64,000 nucleotides of DNA, from NCBI GenBank assembly GCA_019058445.1, contig JAHPZA010000003.1, positions 128,001-192,000 on the forward strand, given 5' to 3'. Every line of letters starts with the position of its first letter. The first letter of the stretch is position 1. Below, in pieces: positions 28,531-37,650 of the stretch. The notes under the pieces are model-generated. The model was not told the DNA's origin and made no database searches. It was given only the letters and a program-made list of their open reading frames with translations. The stretch is from Promethearchaeota archaeon (GTDB lineage: Archaea; Asgardarchaeota; Lokiarchaeia; Sigyniarchaeales; SOKP01). A program made the translations under genes and the position numbers.

Positions 28531-29835
28531 TTATTTTATCCATGGATCTGGTAATTTAAGTCCTTCTAACGCTTTATCTTCAAACACTTGTTTAGCTACA
28601 TGCATTAATGTCTTCTCAATTCCTGCAATGTTGTGATTGGTTGCAACCAAGAGGTTTGCTTTCTTACAAATGCCCTCAGCATCTGACCACAAATTATATA
28701 ACAAAAGCCCTCTTGGAGCCTCTACTACGCCTACACCTTCTCCTTCTCTTGGCTGAACGTCCAATGTTTTGCAGTCAGGATTTACAATATCCGGATCTTC
28801 TAATAATTTTGCCATCATTTCAATAGATTCGACTAATTCAATTAATCTGGCCCAGTGATAAGCAAACGTGAAATGAGGTGTATTACCAATTTTAGCTCTC
28901 ATTGCTTGTAGCGCTTCATCTGCTAAAGGTGTTGCCATTTTATCAGCACAATTCGTCATTGCCAAACAATTTGCTCTATAAATTCCTTCAGGATATCCAG
29001 CAGGTTTGTAGTACATGTGTGTTGCATAAGAATGTTTAGGAATATGTTCTCCCAATGCTTCTAAGTAATTTTGAGGAGCATAATCAAATTTTTCTCCATC
29101 TGGAGATACAATTCTAATATCTCCCTCATAAATATCATGAACGCCATTATTTGTCATCCCAACATAATAGGTAGGAACATTACCTACATTAGCAACGACA
29201 TCCCAATAATCTTCTACCACTTTAACTCCGATTTCTACAGTCTTCTTTGACCATTCTACTTGATTTTCAATCTCTTTTAAGAATTTATCTCTTACATCCT
29301 CATCTAATGCTTTCTTCATTCCACCAGGAATACATACAATAGGGTGAATTGCTTTACCTCCGACAGCAGCACACATTTTTTGACCGAAATCCATCATTTT
29401 CAATGCCATTGCGCCAACATCAGGCATTTTATTGATGACATGCACTACATTTCTTAAAGCAGGATCCGCAAAAGGTCCTAATAAGAAATCAGGTGCCGCT
29501 AGTGCAAAGAAATGTATTGCGTGGGAACTATACTGCTTGGCATTAATTAAGAGTTGTCTTAATTTTCTAGCGGGTTCAGGAATCTGAACACCCCAAGCAT
29601 CTTCAACTGCCTTAGTTGGTGCGATATGATGAGGAATTGGACAAATTCCGCAGATTCTAGGGGTAATTCTTGGAACATGCTCCATATAACGTCCTTCAAC
29701 GAATTTTTCAAAAAATCGTGTTGATTGGATATTAAATTGAACATCTTGTACTTTTCCATCATCTCCTAGAACTAACCTTAATCCACCATGCCCCTCTAAT
29801 CGAGTTACGGGTTCTACTTCTATTTCTTTCACCAT
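28531..29835 (-). CDS. vhuA: F420-non-reducing [NiFeSe] hydrogenase large subunit (lacks C-terminal L2 motif)
   Basis: VTRLEGHG, L1 PRICGICPIPH, EAPRGLL, ANLLVATNHN; ends without DPCxxC. Confidence 0.93.
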   Translation of the reverse strand: MVKEIEVEPVTRLEGHGGLRLVLGDDGKVQDVQFNIQSTRFFEKFVEGRYMEHVPRITPRICGICPIPHHIAPTKAVEDAWGVQIPEPARKLRQLLINAKQYSSHAIHFFALAAPDFLLGPFADPALRNVVHVINKMPDVGAMALKMMDFGQKMCAAVGGKAIHPIVCIPGGMKKALDEDVRDKFLKEIENQVEWSKKTVEIGVKVVEDYWDVVANVGNVPTYYVGMTNNGVHDIYEGDIRIVSPDGEKFDYAPQNYLEALGEHIPKHSYATHMYYKPAGYPEGIYRANCLAMTNCADKMATPLADEALQAMRAKIGNTPHFTFAYHWARLIELVESIEMMAKLLEDPDIVNPDCKTLDVQPREGEGVGVVEAPRGLLLYNLWSDAEGICKKANLLVATNHNIAGIEKTLMHVAKQVFEDKALEGLKLPDPWIK

Positions 29836-29839
29836 TTTT

Positions 29840-31156
29840 TTAGCCTCCTTTTCTTGATGCTAGTGTAAATTTCTCAAATGTACCAATAGGATCTTTAACT
29901 TGGGCAAGCAACTCCTCCTTTGATATGCTTACGTTAAAGCCTTTAAGTACCGTATCAGCAAACCTATTTGCTTGATTAACACCCCATTCTGTTTGACCAT
30001 AACAACCTGTACATGGAGCATTAACTCGAATGCATAAGCCACCGCAGCCAGCTTTAGTAACAGGACCTAAACAAATATAGCCTTGTTCAATTAAACAATC
30101 CTCCATATTTGGTAGCCCTTCATAATCTCTCTTAACTTTAGTCATTGTTGATTTACTACCAATAACCCTATCACAAGTATCACAAACCGTTGAGATATCG
30201 GTGAAATCCCGGTTATCTCTTAAATATGCTAATACATTAGAAGCAATAGCTTCAGTATCAGATGGTAAGTTTGCTAAAGGAGTTTCTGGTGCGCCCCTTT
30301 TCTTCACTTGTTTTAGAATATCTGCTGCTAAATCAAAACCAGCCATTAATGGCACGTTTAAAAATAGCGATAGAAATTCATAGGTAGTCTTCTTATCACC
30401 GGAACTTACTGAACCAAGATTCTTAGTCATATCGTTTAACTTTGACGCACGGGCAGAGACAGTTTTTGCAGGTCCCATACATCCAACACAAGGATTTCCA
30501 GCATCAGGACATTTCATCGTACAACCTACGCTGGTAATAGGACCAAAGCATAATTTACCCTCATCCAATAGACATCCAGATTGATTTAATGAACACTCAT
30601 TACAAAAAGCAAGATCATTCATAGGGAATGGTTTTTGACCAAGTAAAAAACCTATCGCACTGAAAATTTGTTCTGATTTTGGAGGGCATCCTGCTATATA
30701 GGCATCAACCTTAATGATTTCGTCAACATTGACGATTTTTGGTTCAAACCCAGGAACATGTTCTGTAGGCTCTCCACCTCCTGAAACCTTACTTTCTACT
30801 GTATTATATTTTCTGTCGATACATTCACTAATATCCCATTGATTTGCTAATCCGTGTACATTTCCATAGCAAGCACAAGATCCAAAGGCAATAATAATTT
30901 GGCATTTTTCACGCATAACTTTTACGCCTTCTTTATCTTGCTTAGTTCTAACACTTCCTTCAATGAAACCAACGACAATTTCTCCAGGCTCTCTAGCGAC
31001 CAATGAATCATATTTGAAATCAACTACAGCTGGCCAATAGACAATCTCTAAAGCTGGAAGTACCGGTAAGAGGCTTAAATGCAAATCTATTAAGCTCTGA
31101 TGGCACCCCCAACAATCAGAATTTTGCCAGAATGCTACTTTGACCATTTCATTCAC
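29840..31156 (-). CDS. vhuG: F420-non-reducing hydrogenase small subunit, extended
   Basis: CWGC, EGSV, FGSCACYG, IAGCPP, then two copies of the Cys-rich CxxC...CL..G..C.GP.T..GC...C....PC.GC.G module (likely start ATG 31147). Confidence 0.92.
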   Translation of the reverse strand: MNEMVKVAFWQNSDCWGCHQSLIDLHLSLLPVLPALEIVYWPAVVDFKYDSLVAREPGEIVVGFIEGSVRTKQDKEGVKVMREKCQIIIAFGSCACYGNVHGLANQWDISECIDRKYNTVESKVSGGGEPTEHVPGFEPKIVNVDEIIKVDAYIAGCPPKSEQIFSAIGFLLGQKPFPMNDLAFCNECSLNQSGCLLDEGKLCFGPITSVGCTMKCPDAGNPCVGCMGPAKTVSARASKLNDMTKNLGSVSSGDKKTTYEFLSLFLNVPLMAGFDLAADILKQVKKRGAPETPLANLPSDTEAIASNVLAYLRDNRDFTDISTVCDTCDRVIGSKSTMTKVKRDYEGLPNMEDCLIEQGYICLGPVTKAGCGGLCIRVNAPCTGCYGQTEWGVNQANRFADTVLKGFNVSISKEELLAQVKDPIGTFEKFTLASRKGG

Positions 31157-31285
31157 TCTTTGATTTTTTGTTTTGTTTTTTTCTTTTTATTTTTATAAAT
31201 ACGTATTTATCTTAATAAAATAAGATGTTTTAATGTATTCACAAAATTATTAAAAACTTCTTCTTTTGAACTGATGATTGTGAAT

Positions 31286-31518
31286 TTAAAAGATTATGAA
31301 TAAATATTCAATAAATGTTCGCACTTCTTTTTTCAATTCTTCTAAGAATTTTTTAGCTTTTAGATCAATTGGGTCAATTGCATGACTTTTTTCCACCTTT
31401 TCAATTGCTTGATCAATATCACCCCGATCTATCGCTTTTAAAAAATTGCCTAATTCCGCAAAATTATAACCCCATTTTTCCTATTCTTCAAAATTTTTTC
31501 TTTCTAATCTTCAGACAT
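31286..31518 (-). pseudogene. Degraded short TPR-protein gene
   Basis: ATG 3 nt after the hypD stop. One frameshift and an in-frame TAG precede EKWGYNFAELGNFLKAIDRGDIDQAIEKVEKSHAIDPIDLKAKKFLEELKK (TPR-like). Confidence 0.55.
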
Positions 31519-31521
31519 TAT

Positions 31522-32622
31522 TTATCCTTCTTCTTTATGATACTTATAATAAATACTGCATGTTCCTTCCATTGAAACCATGCATGGTCCAATAGGATTA
31601 AGTGGAGTGCATTTTTTCCTAAAGAGGCTACATTCATAGGGATATAACTTACCTACCATAACTAAATGACAAGAACAACCTGGAGGAATGTCTTGAGATT
31701 TTTCAATTGTAATGTTGAATTTTTCATCAGCATCAAAATCTTGGTATTTCTCTTTTATAGCTAATCCTCCTTCAGAAACCCTTCCTATACCTCTCCAGGG
31801 TGATGAGACTGATTCAAAAACATCGGCAATTATTTTTTGGGCCATTAAATTTCCTTCTGGTTTAACGACTCTGGAATATTCATTCAAAGTATCAAACCTT
31901 TTATCTCTAACTTGTTTCAACAACATTAATATAGAAAGTAACACATCATTTGGTTCAAATCCCGCGATGACGTTTGGAATTCGGTATCCTTGAGAAAAGA
32001 TTTCATAGGGTTTAAGACCAATAATCACTGAAACATGGCCAGGTGAGATGAAACCATCAATATTTAAGAGAGACTGGCTCATTAAGAGTTCTAAGGCTGC
32101 AGGAATTAATTTATGAGCACAAATTACCGAGAAATTTGAGGGGGGATTTGACTGAATTTCATATCCTATTAAAGGTGCAGTAGTTTCAAAACCTATAGCA
32201 AAAAAAATTACTTCCTTATCAGGATTTTCCTTGGCGATCTTAATAGCATCATTAGGACCATACACTATACGTACATCAGCCCCTTTAGCCTTTAATTCAG
32301 CCAGAGATATATTTGTGGCAGGTACTCTTATCATATCCCCAAAAGTTGTTAAGATTGTGTTATCTCGCTTTCCTATTTCTATTGCCTTGTCTATATCTGC
32401 TGCTGGGCATATACATACAGGACATCCTGGACCGGAAAGAATTTCGATTTTTTTAGGGAGTAAAGTTCTAAGTCCAAATTTCGATATTGTATGTTCATGA
32501 GTGCCACATACATGCATAAATTTTAATGGTCTATTAATTTCTTTTGCTAAACGATTGATCGAATTAATAATCTTTTCAGTAAAATCCTTTCTTCTCAAGA
32601 TATCTATACCTGGTACGTCCAT
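31522..32622 (-). CDS. hypD: Hydrogenase maturation protein HypD
   Basis: MHVCGTHE, GPGCPVC, GFETT, PGHVS, PIGPCMVSMEGTC. Confidence 0.97.
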   Translation of the reverse strand: MDVPGIDILRRKDFTEKIINSINRLAKEINRPLKFMHVCGTHEHTISKFGLRTLLPKKIEILSGPGCPVCICPAADIDKAIEIGKRDNTILTTFGDMIRVPATNISLAELKAKGADVRIVYGPNDAIKIAKENPDKEVIFFAIGFETTAPLIGYEIQSNPPSNFSVICAHKLIPAALELLMSQSLLNIDGFISPGHVSVIIGLKPYEIFSQGYRIPNVIAGFEPNDVLLSILMLLKQVRDKRFDTLNEYSRVVKPEGNLMAQKIIADVFESVSSPWRGIGRVSEGGLAIKEKYQDFDADEKFNITIEKSQDIPPGCSCHLVMVGKLYPYECSLFRKKCTPLNPIGPCMVSMEGTCSIYYKYHKEEG

Positions 32623-32751
32623 TCAATCAAACCTTTCTTTTTCAATTAAGAATTGTTTTGAATATTTGAGATTAATACTTAAAATCGTAAAAATTTAATG
32701 ATTTTAATTAATATAAAGCCTAAATAATGCAAAAGCCGTAGAAATGTTAGA

Positions 32752-32925
32752 TTACCAGATCTGATTACTTTTTCTCATCTTCTTTTTAAAATCTTTTTGA
32801 GCTTTCCTCTTATTTTTTAAACTTCGGTTGTTTTTCTTATGTCTTCTATTAGCATGATGCCCTTTTCCTTTATTTGATTTATGCTCCTCTAAGACTTCTA
32901 TTCGATGCTGGTATTTTTTACTCAT
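32752..32925 (-). CDS. Small highly basic Lys/His/Arg-rich protein
   Basis: 57 aa from ATG 32925, co-oriented between hypE and hypD; ends in Trp. Confidence 0.6.
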   Translation of the reverse strand: MSKKYQHRIEVLEEHKSNKGKGHHANRRHKKNNRSLKNKRKAQKDFKKKMRKSNQIW

Positions 32926-32999
32926 TGTTAACACTTAATAATTATTTCTTTAATGAAAATAACAGATAATCATCTATTTAAACTGAATTGTTAATATTT

Positions 33000-34049
33000 T
33001 TAACATATTCTTGGAATGGGTTCCCCAAGGGGCATATCAATAAATCGGGTTCCTCCAACTATTGTCTTTAATAAAACTCTACCTGGATTATCTTTTTGAA
33101 CTTCTCCTATTATCATTGCATCTCTTCCTAATTTAGTTTTTTTTATTTTTTGAAGAATTATTTCAGATTGATTAGAATCAACCGCCATTAGAGCTCTTCC
33201 CTCGCATGCGATATTAAAGGAATCAAGGCCTAGCATGTCACATATGGCAGAAACCTGTTTTTTTATTGGTATCTTTTCTTCATCAATTACAATGCTAACA
33301 TTAGATTTTGAAGCCCAATCGTTTAACGCACCTGCCATTCCCCCCCGAGTAGGATCTTTCATCGCATGAATTAGATTTTCATCAATTTCCTTTTTAATCG
33401 CATTAAAGATTTCAATTAATATTGACACATCAGATTCTAAATCGGTTGAAATATTAAGGCCCTCTCTATTGGCCATTAAAGCTGTTCCATGATCACCTAT
33501 ACTACCAGTTATGATTATATTATCACCTGGCTTTAGACCATTATCAACAATTTTTATTTTTTTATCTTTAATTCCTATACCAGTCGTAGCGATAATTATT
33601 TCATTTAAAGTACCTCGGGGCATAACCTTGGTATCTCCTGCGATGATAGCAACGCAGGCCTCTGTCGCAGTAGAATTTAAGGAGTGCACAATTTTTTGTA
33701 GGGTATCAAAGTTAAAGCCTTCTTCTATGATAATTATGGAAGTTAAGGCTAGTGGTTTGGCACCCATCATTAAGATATCATTAACAGTTCCACATACGCT
33801 TAACTTTCCAAGATCTCCACCAGGGAAAAATAAGGGAAAAACTGTATGTCCGTCAGCTGTGATAACAATTTCCTTATCATAATCTTTTAATGGAATTGTA
33901 GCGCCATCATCTAATTCTTCAACTCCAATACCGTTATTAACGTTTTTCAAGGTGATGTCTTTAGTGATGAATTTTATTAACTCCTCTTGTAGAACTCCAC
34001 CAGCGCCATGGGCTAATCTTATTATTTTCGAGCTCTCTTCCTTTTCCAT
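33000..34049 (-). CDS. hypE: Hydrogenase maturation protein HypE
   Basis: LAHGAGG, FFPGGDLG, GDTKV, KDPTRGG, C-terminal PRIC. Confidence 0.97.
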   Translation of the reverse strand: MEKEESSKIIRLAHGAGGVLQEELIKFITKDITLKNVNNGIGVEELDDGATIPLKDYDKEIVITADGHTVFPLFFPGGDLGKLSVCGTVNDILMMGAKPLALTSIIIIEEGFNFDTLQKIVHSLNSTATEACVAIIAGDTKVMPRGTLNEIIIATTGIGIKDKKIKIVDNGLKPGDNIIITGSIGDHGTALMANREGLNISTDLESDVSILIEIFNAIKKEIDENLIHAMKDPTRGGMAGALNDWASKSNVSIVIDEEKIPIKKQVSAICDMLGLDSFNIACEGRALMAVDSNQSEIILQKIKKTKLGRDAMIIGEVQKDNPGRVLLKTIVGGTRFIDMPLGEPIPRIC

Positions 34050-34130
34050 ACTTAAATGAAAGTAGAAAAAATTAAAAGAATTTAGATTATATTTAAAAAA
34101 TTTTACAACTTAAATTCATAATTTTAAAAT

Positions 34131-34946
34131 TTATAACAACTTTTTGATGGAATCCATTGAATCGTTTGCTACATTATAGGGATCCTCTTCCCATAACCTT
34201 TGATTAAAAAGTTCTAAAGAAATCCATTTGTTGTAGCCAATTTCTTTCAATTTCTGAACAAACATCTCTAAGTTGAAAAATCCTCGACAGGGCAATACTC
34301 TATTGGAATCTTGTAATTCCTTAAATGGTTTTTCAATCGCATCATTGAGATGAATTAACCATAGTTTTTCGGGCTCAATTTTATCTAACTCATTAATAGA
34401 ATGTTCACCAACAAAAAAATGAAAGGTATCTATAACTAATCCCATTTTGGGTAGTTCCTCATTTTGAATAATCTTCAGTGCCATATCTACCTTTCTTACA
34501 GAACAATTAGGGAACCCTAATGGTTCAAAACATAATTTAAAATCATATTTTTCTGCCAATTTAGCAAGGAGCTTTAAACGATCAATTGTTTTTATAATTA
34601 TAGTATTATCATTCATATTTGGCTCATCGAGAAAACTTGGGACCGTGATTATAGTATCACAGCCAATTTGGTTGCCAATATCCATTAGTTTTTCAGTATA
34701 TCTCATTATTCTTTTAAACTCTTTTTCCGGACAAAGGGAAAATAATTCTATAGCATTAAAGGTGACACATTCAAGATTATTTTTTTCTAATGTAGTTTTT
34801 AAATTTTCAATGGTGTGATTCTCTAAATAAACAAACGTTTCATCCCTTCTTAATTCCACACCTTTAAAACCTGCTATGGAAATAGCTCTCAAAAAAATTT
34901 CCATTTCAGTTTTCATTAATGTGGCTTGATTTACTGCTAATTTCAT
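34131..34946 (-). CDS. Sugar phosphate isomerase/epimerase (IolI-like TIM barrel)
   Basis: FEPLGF, DTFHF, IHLND, RVLP..G, SLELF metal ligands. Confidence 0.85.
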   Translation of the reverse strand: MKLAVNQATLMKTEMEIFLRAISIAGFKGVELRRDETFVYLENHTIENLKTTLEKNNLECVTFNAIELFSLCPEKEFKRIMRYTEKLMDIGNQIGCDTIITVPSFLDEPNMNDNTIIIKTIDRLKLLAKLAEKYDFKLCFEPLGFPNCSVRKVDMALKIIQNEELPKMGLVIDTFHFFVGEHSINELDKIEPEKLWLIHLNDAIEKPFKELQDSNRVLPCRGFFNLEMFVQKLKEIGYNKWISLELFNQRLWEEDPYNVANDSMDSIKKLL

Positions 34947-35117
34947 TTTACATTCTCATCTTATTATGTATTAGAGTATATTCTTCTTTATGCTTATAAT
35001 TTATTTCATTACTAATCCAATATGCTTGTTCTTACTTTATCTGTTTTTTAAAAAATTCTCTCGATGATTTTTCAAAAGCATTTAATTTATATAATTTTAA
35101 GTTTTTGTTCTACTTGA

Positions 35118-37523
35118 ATGAATAAGAAAACCGTTGAAATTAATATATCTGGCATCGTCCAAGGAGTAGGATTCCGACCTTATTTATTTAATTTAGCAAG
35201 AAATTTTGGACTTAAAGGATTTATTCTAAATCGTGGAAATGCTGGAGTTAGGCTTGTAGTTCAAGGTGATAATGAAAGAATCAATAGATTTATTGAGAAT
35301 ATTGAGAAAAAAAGCCCAAAAATCTCATATATTGAAAGTTTAGAAACTAAAGAACTACTCACAGAGGAGATATTTAGTGAATTAAATATTAAGAAAAGTG
35401 AAAAGGGGAGGGGTATAAGTTTGACACTCCCTCCGGATATAGCAATTTGCGATGATTGTTTAAAGGATATGAGAGATTCAAAACTAGCCAAATATTATAT
35501 GTATCCCTTTATTGCATGTGCAGTATGTGGTCCGCGATATACAACCGTTAAAGAGTTACCCTATGATAGGGAGAGATCCACTATGATTCAGTTCCCTTTC
35601 TGTAGAAACGCTAATCCAAGTTCATGTATTCAAGAATATTCCGACTTTAGCAACAGACGATTCCATGCCCAAACTTTTGCCTGTTCAGTATGCGGTCCAA
35701 ATTATTCACTTTATAATAAATCTAGAGACATCATTGAAAAGGATTCTATTAAAGAGATTTTAAAGTTATCCGCAAAAAGAATAAAGAAAGGTGAGGTTGC
35801 TGCCGTGAAGGGAATTGGTGGAGTTCATTTAGTTTGCTTAGCTGATAATGATGATATCATTCTTAAATTAAGAAAAAGAAAAGGTGAAAGAAAGTATAAA
35901 CCATTTGCGTTAATGGTTCCAAATTTAGATTTAGTTGAAGATTTTTTAAAAATATCTCAAAAAGAAAGAGAGTTATTGACTTCTTTTAGGCGCCCTATTG
36001 TTTTGTTAGAAAAAAAGAATGATGAAACAAAAGGATTTATTAGCAAGCAGGTAGCTCCGGGCTTAAATAACATCGGCGTAATGCTACCATATTCAGGAAT
36101 TCATTATTTGCTTTTCGATTTTATAGGAGAAAAACCATTAGTCTACACCAGTGGGAATAAATCAAATATACCTATGGGTATAGAAAATGATACAATTTTT
36201 GATCAACTTGAGCATCTTGCCGATTTTTTCCTCCTCCACAACAGAACAATACATCAAAGAGCAGATGATAGTGTCGTAAGGATTCACGATAATAAAGTAA
36301 AACTAATTAGAAGATCAAGGGGCTATGTTCCCGAATATATACCGTTACCGTTTAATGTTGATGTTTCTGCCGCTCTTGCAACAGGACCTGAACTATCTAC
36401 GACAGGAGCCGTGCTGAGGAGAAACCGAATATTTCCCACTCAGCATATAGGTAATGTAACGCATCTGGAAACCTATGATTTTTTAAAAAATGCCTTGTTT
36501 CATATGAAGAATCTACTACAGATTAAGGATTCTGAAGTAGAATTTATTACCTGCGATGCCCATCCAACACTTATAACCAGCAAGTTTGCCCAAGAACTTT
36601 CAATGAAGTATAATATCCCTTTCTACCCTGTTCAACATCATTTCGCGCATGCATTAGGATTAATGGCTGATAATAAGGTAGAAATAGAGGAAAGTATTGT
36701 TGCGATTAGTACCGATGGAGTAGGTTACGGTGATGATGGGAATGTATGGGGTGGTGAAATATTATTATGTTCATATAAAGGATACAAACGTTTTGGGCAC
36801 TTAGAATATCAACCCATGATTGGAGGGGATCGATGTACGAAATATCCCGCTAGGATGGCGGCCTCAATCATACTTAAAAATCTTGGAATAGAAGATTCCC
36901 TCAGATTATTCGAACAAATTGAATTATCAAGGGACCTAGAGTATGGACAAAATGAATTACAAACTTTAATTTCTCAATATGAAACAAGTAATAATCGCTA
37001 TCTAGATGGAAATATTCCGTTATCCAGTTCTACTGGTAGAATTTTTGATACTGTTTCTTATCTCTTAGGGGCGTCAAACATAAAGACATATCGAGGGGAA
37101 CCTGCTATGCGGCTTGAAGGATTGGCTGCAAATGGAAATCCTGATAAGATTAAATTAGATATAAAATGTAAAAAAAAAAATAATACTTTTGTCATCAATA
37201 CATCAGATCTAATATTAGATATTTTACGTTTAAAAAAAAACCCATGCATAAAACCTGAAGACATTGGTGCTAGCTTTCATAAAGCCCTTGCTAATTCTTT
37301 TGCGGAAATTGCAATCATAATAGCTCAAGAGAATCATATTAAAAATGTTGGCCTTACCGGGGGCGTTGCATTTAACTATTTTTTTTCGCGTTCTATAAAG
37401 GAGAAAATAACTAAAGAAGGTTTACTCTTTTTAGAACACAATAAAGTTTCACCTGGAGATGCTGGAATAAGTACAGGGCAATTAATCGGTGGTCTATTTA
37501 AACATAATCTAGAGAATTCATGA
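35118..37523 (+). CDS. hypF: Carbamoyltransferase HypF
   Basis: Acylphosphatase GIVQGVGFRP, Zn fingers CDDC/CAVCGPRY, RRFHAQ, QHHFAH, PGDAGISTGQ. Confidence 0.97.
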   Translation: MNKKTVEINISGIVQGVGFRPYLFNLARNFGLKGFILNRGNAGVRLVVQGDNERINRFIENIEKKSPKISYIESLETKELLTEEIFSELNIKKSEKGRGISLTLPPDIAICDDCLKDMRDSKLAKYYMYPFIACAVCGPRYTTVKELPYDRERSTMIQFPFCRNANPSSCIQEYSDFSNRRFHAQTFACSVCGPNYSLYNKSRDIIEKDSIKEILKLSAKRIKKGEVAAVKGIGGVHLVCLADNDDIILKLRKRKGERKYKPFALMVPNLDLVEDFLKISQKERELLTSFRRPIVLLEKKNDETKGFISKQVAPGLNNIGVMLPYSGIHYLLFDFIGEKPLVYTSGNKSNIPMGIENDTIFDQLEHLADFFLLHNRTIHQRADDSVVRIHDNKVKLIRRSRGYVPEYIPLPFNVDVSAALATGPELSTTGAVLRRNRIFPTQHIGNVTHLETYDFLKNALFHMKNLLQIKDSEVEFITCDAHPTLITSKFAQELSMKYNIPFYPVQHHFAHALGLMADNKVEIEESIVAISTDGVGYGDDGNVWGGEILLCSYKGYKRFGHLEYQPMIGGDRCTKYPARMAASIILKNLGIEDSLRLFEQIELSRDLEYGQNELQTLISQYETSNNRYLDGNIPLSSSTGRIFDTVSYLLGASNIKTYRGEPAMRLEGLAANGNPDKIKLDIKCKKKNNTFVINTSDLILDILRLKKNPCIKPEDIGASFHKALANSFAEIAIIIAQENHIKNVGLTGGVAFNYFFSRSIKEKITKEGLLFLEHNKVSPGDAGISTGQLIGGLFKHNLENS

Positions 37524-37650
37524 GAATCTAAAATTTAAAATCAAGAAAAAAAATATATATATTTTAATCGAAATTTATTTGATATTAACAACAATTATTA
37601 TTTTTACTAAAATTAACGTGTATTTATTATAAAATTGGGGTTGAAATGTT

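Noticed and set aside
31470-31510. TAG codons as pyrrolysine read-through
   Set aside because: A frameshift is also required and no pyl genes are seen; decay is the simpler explanation
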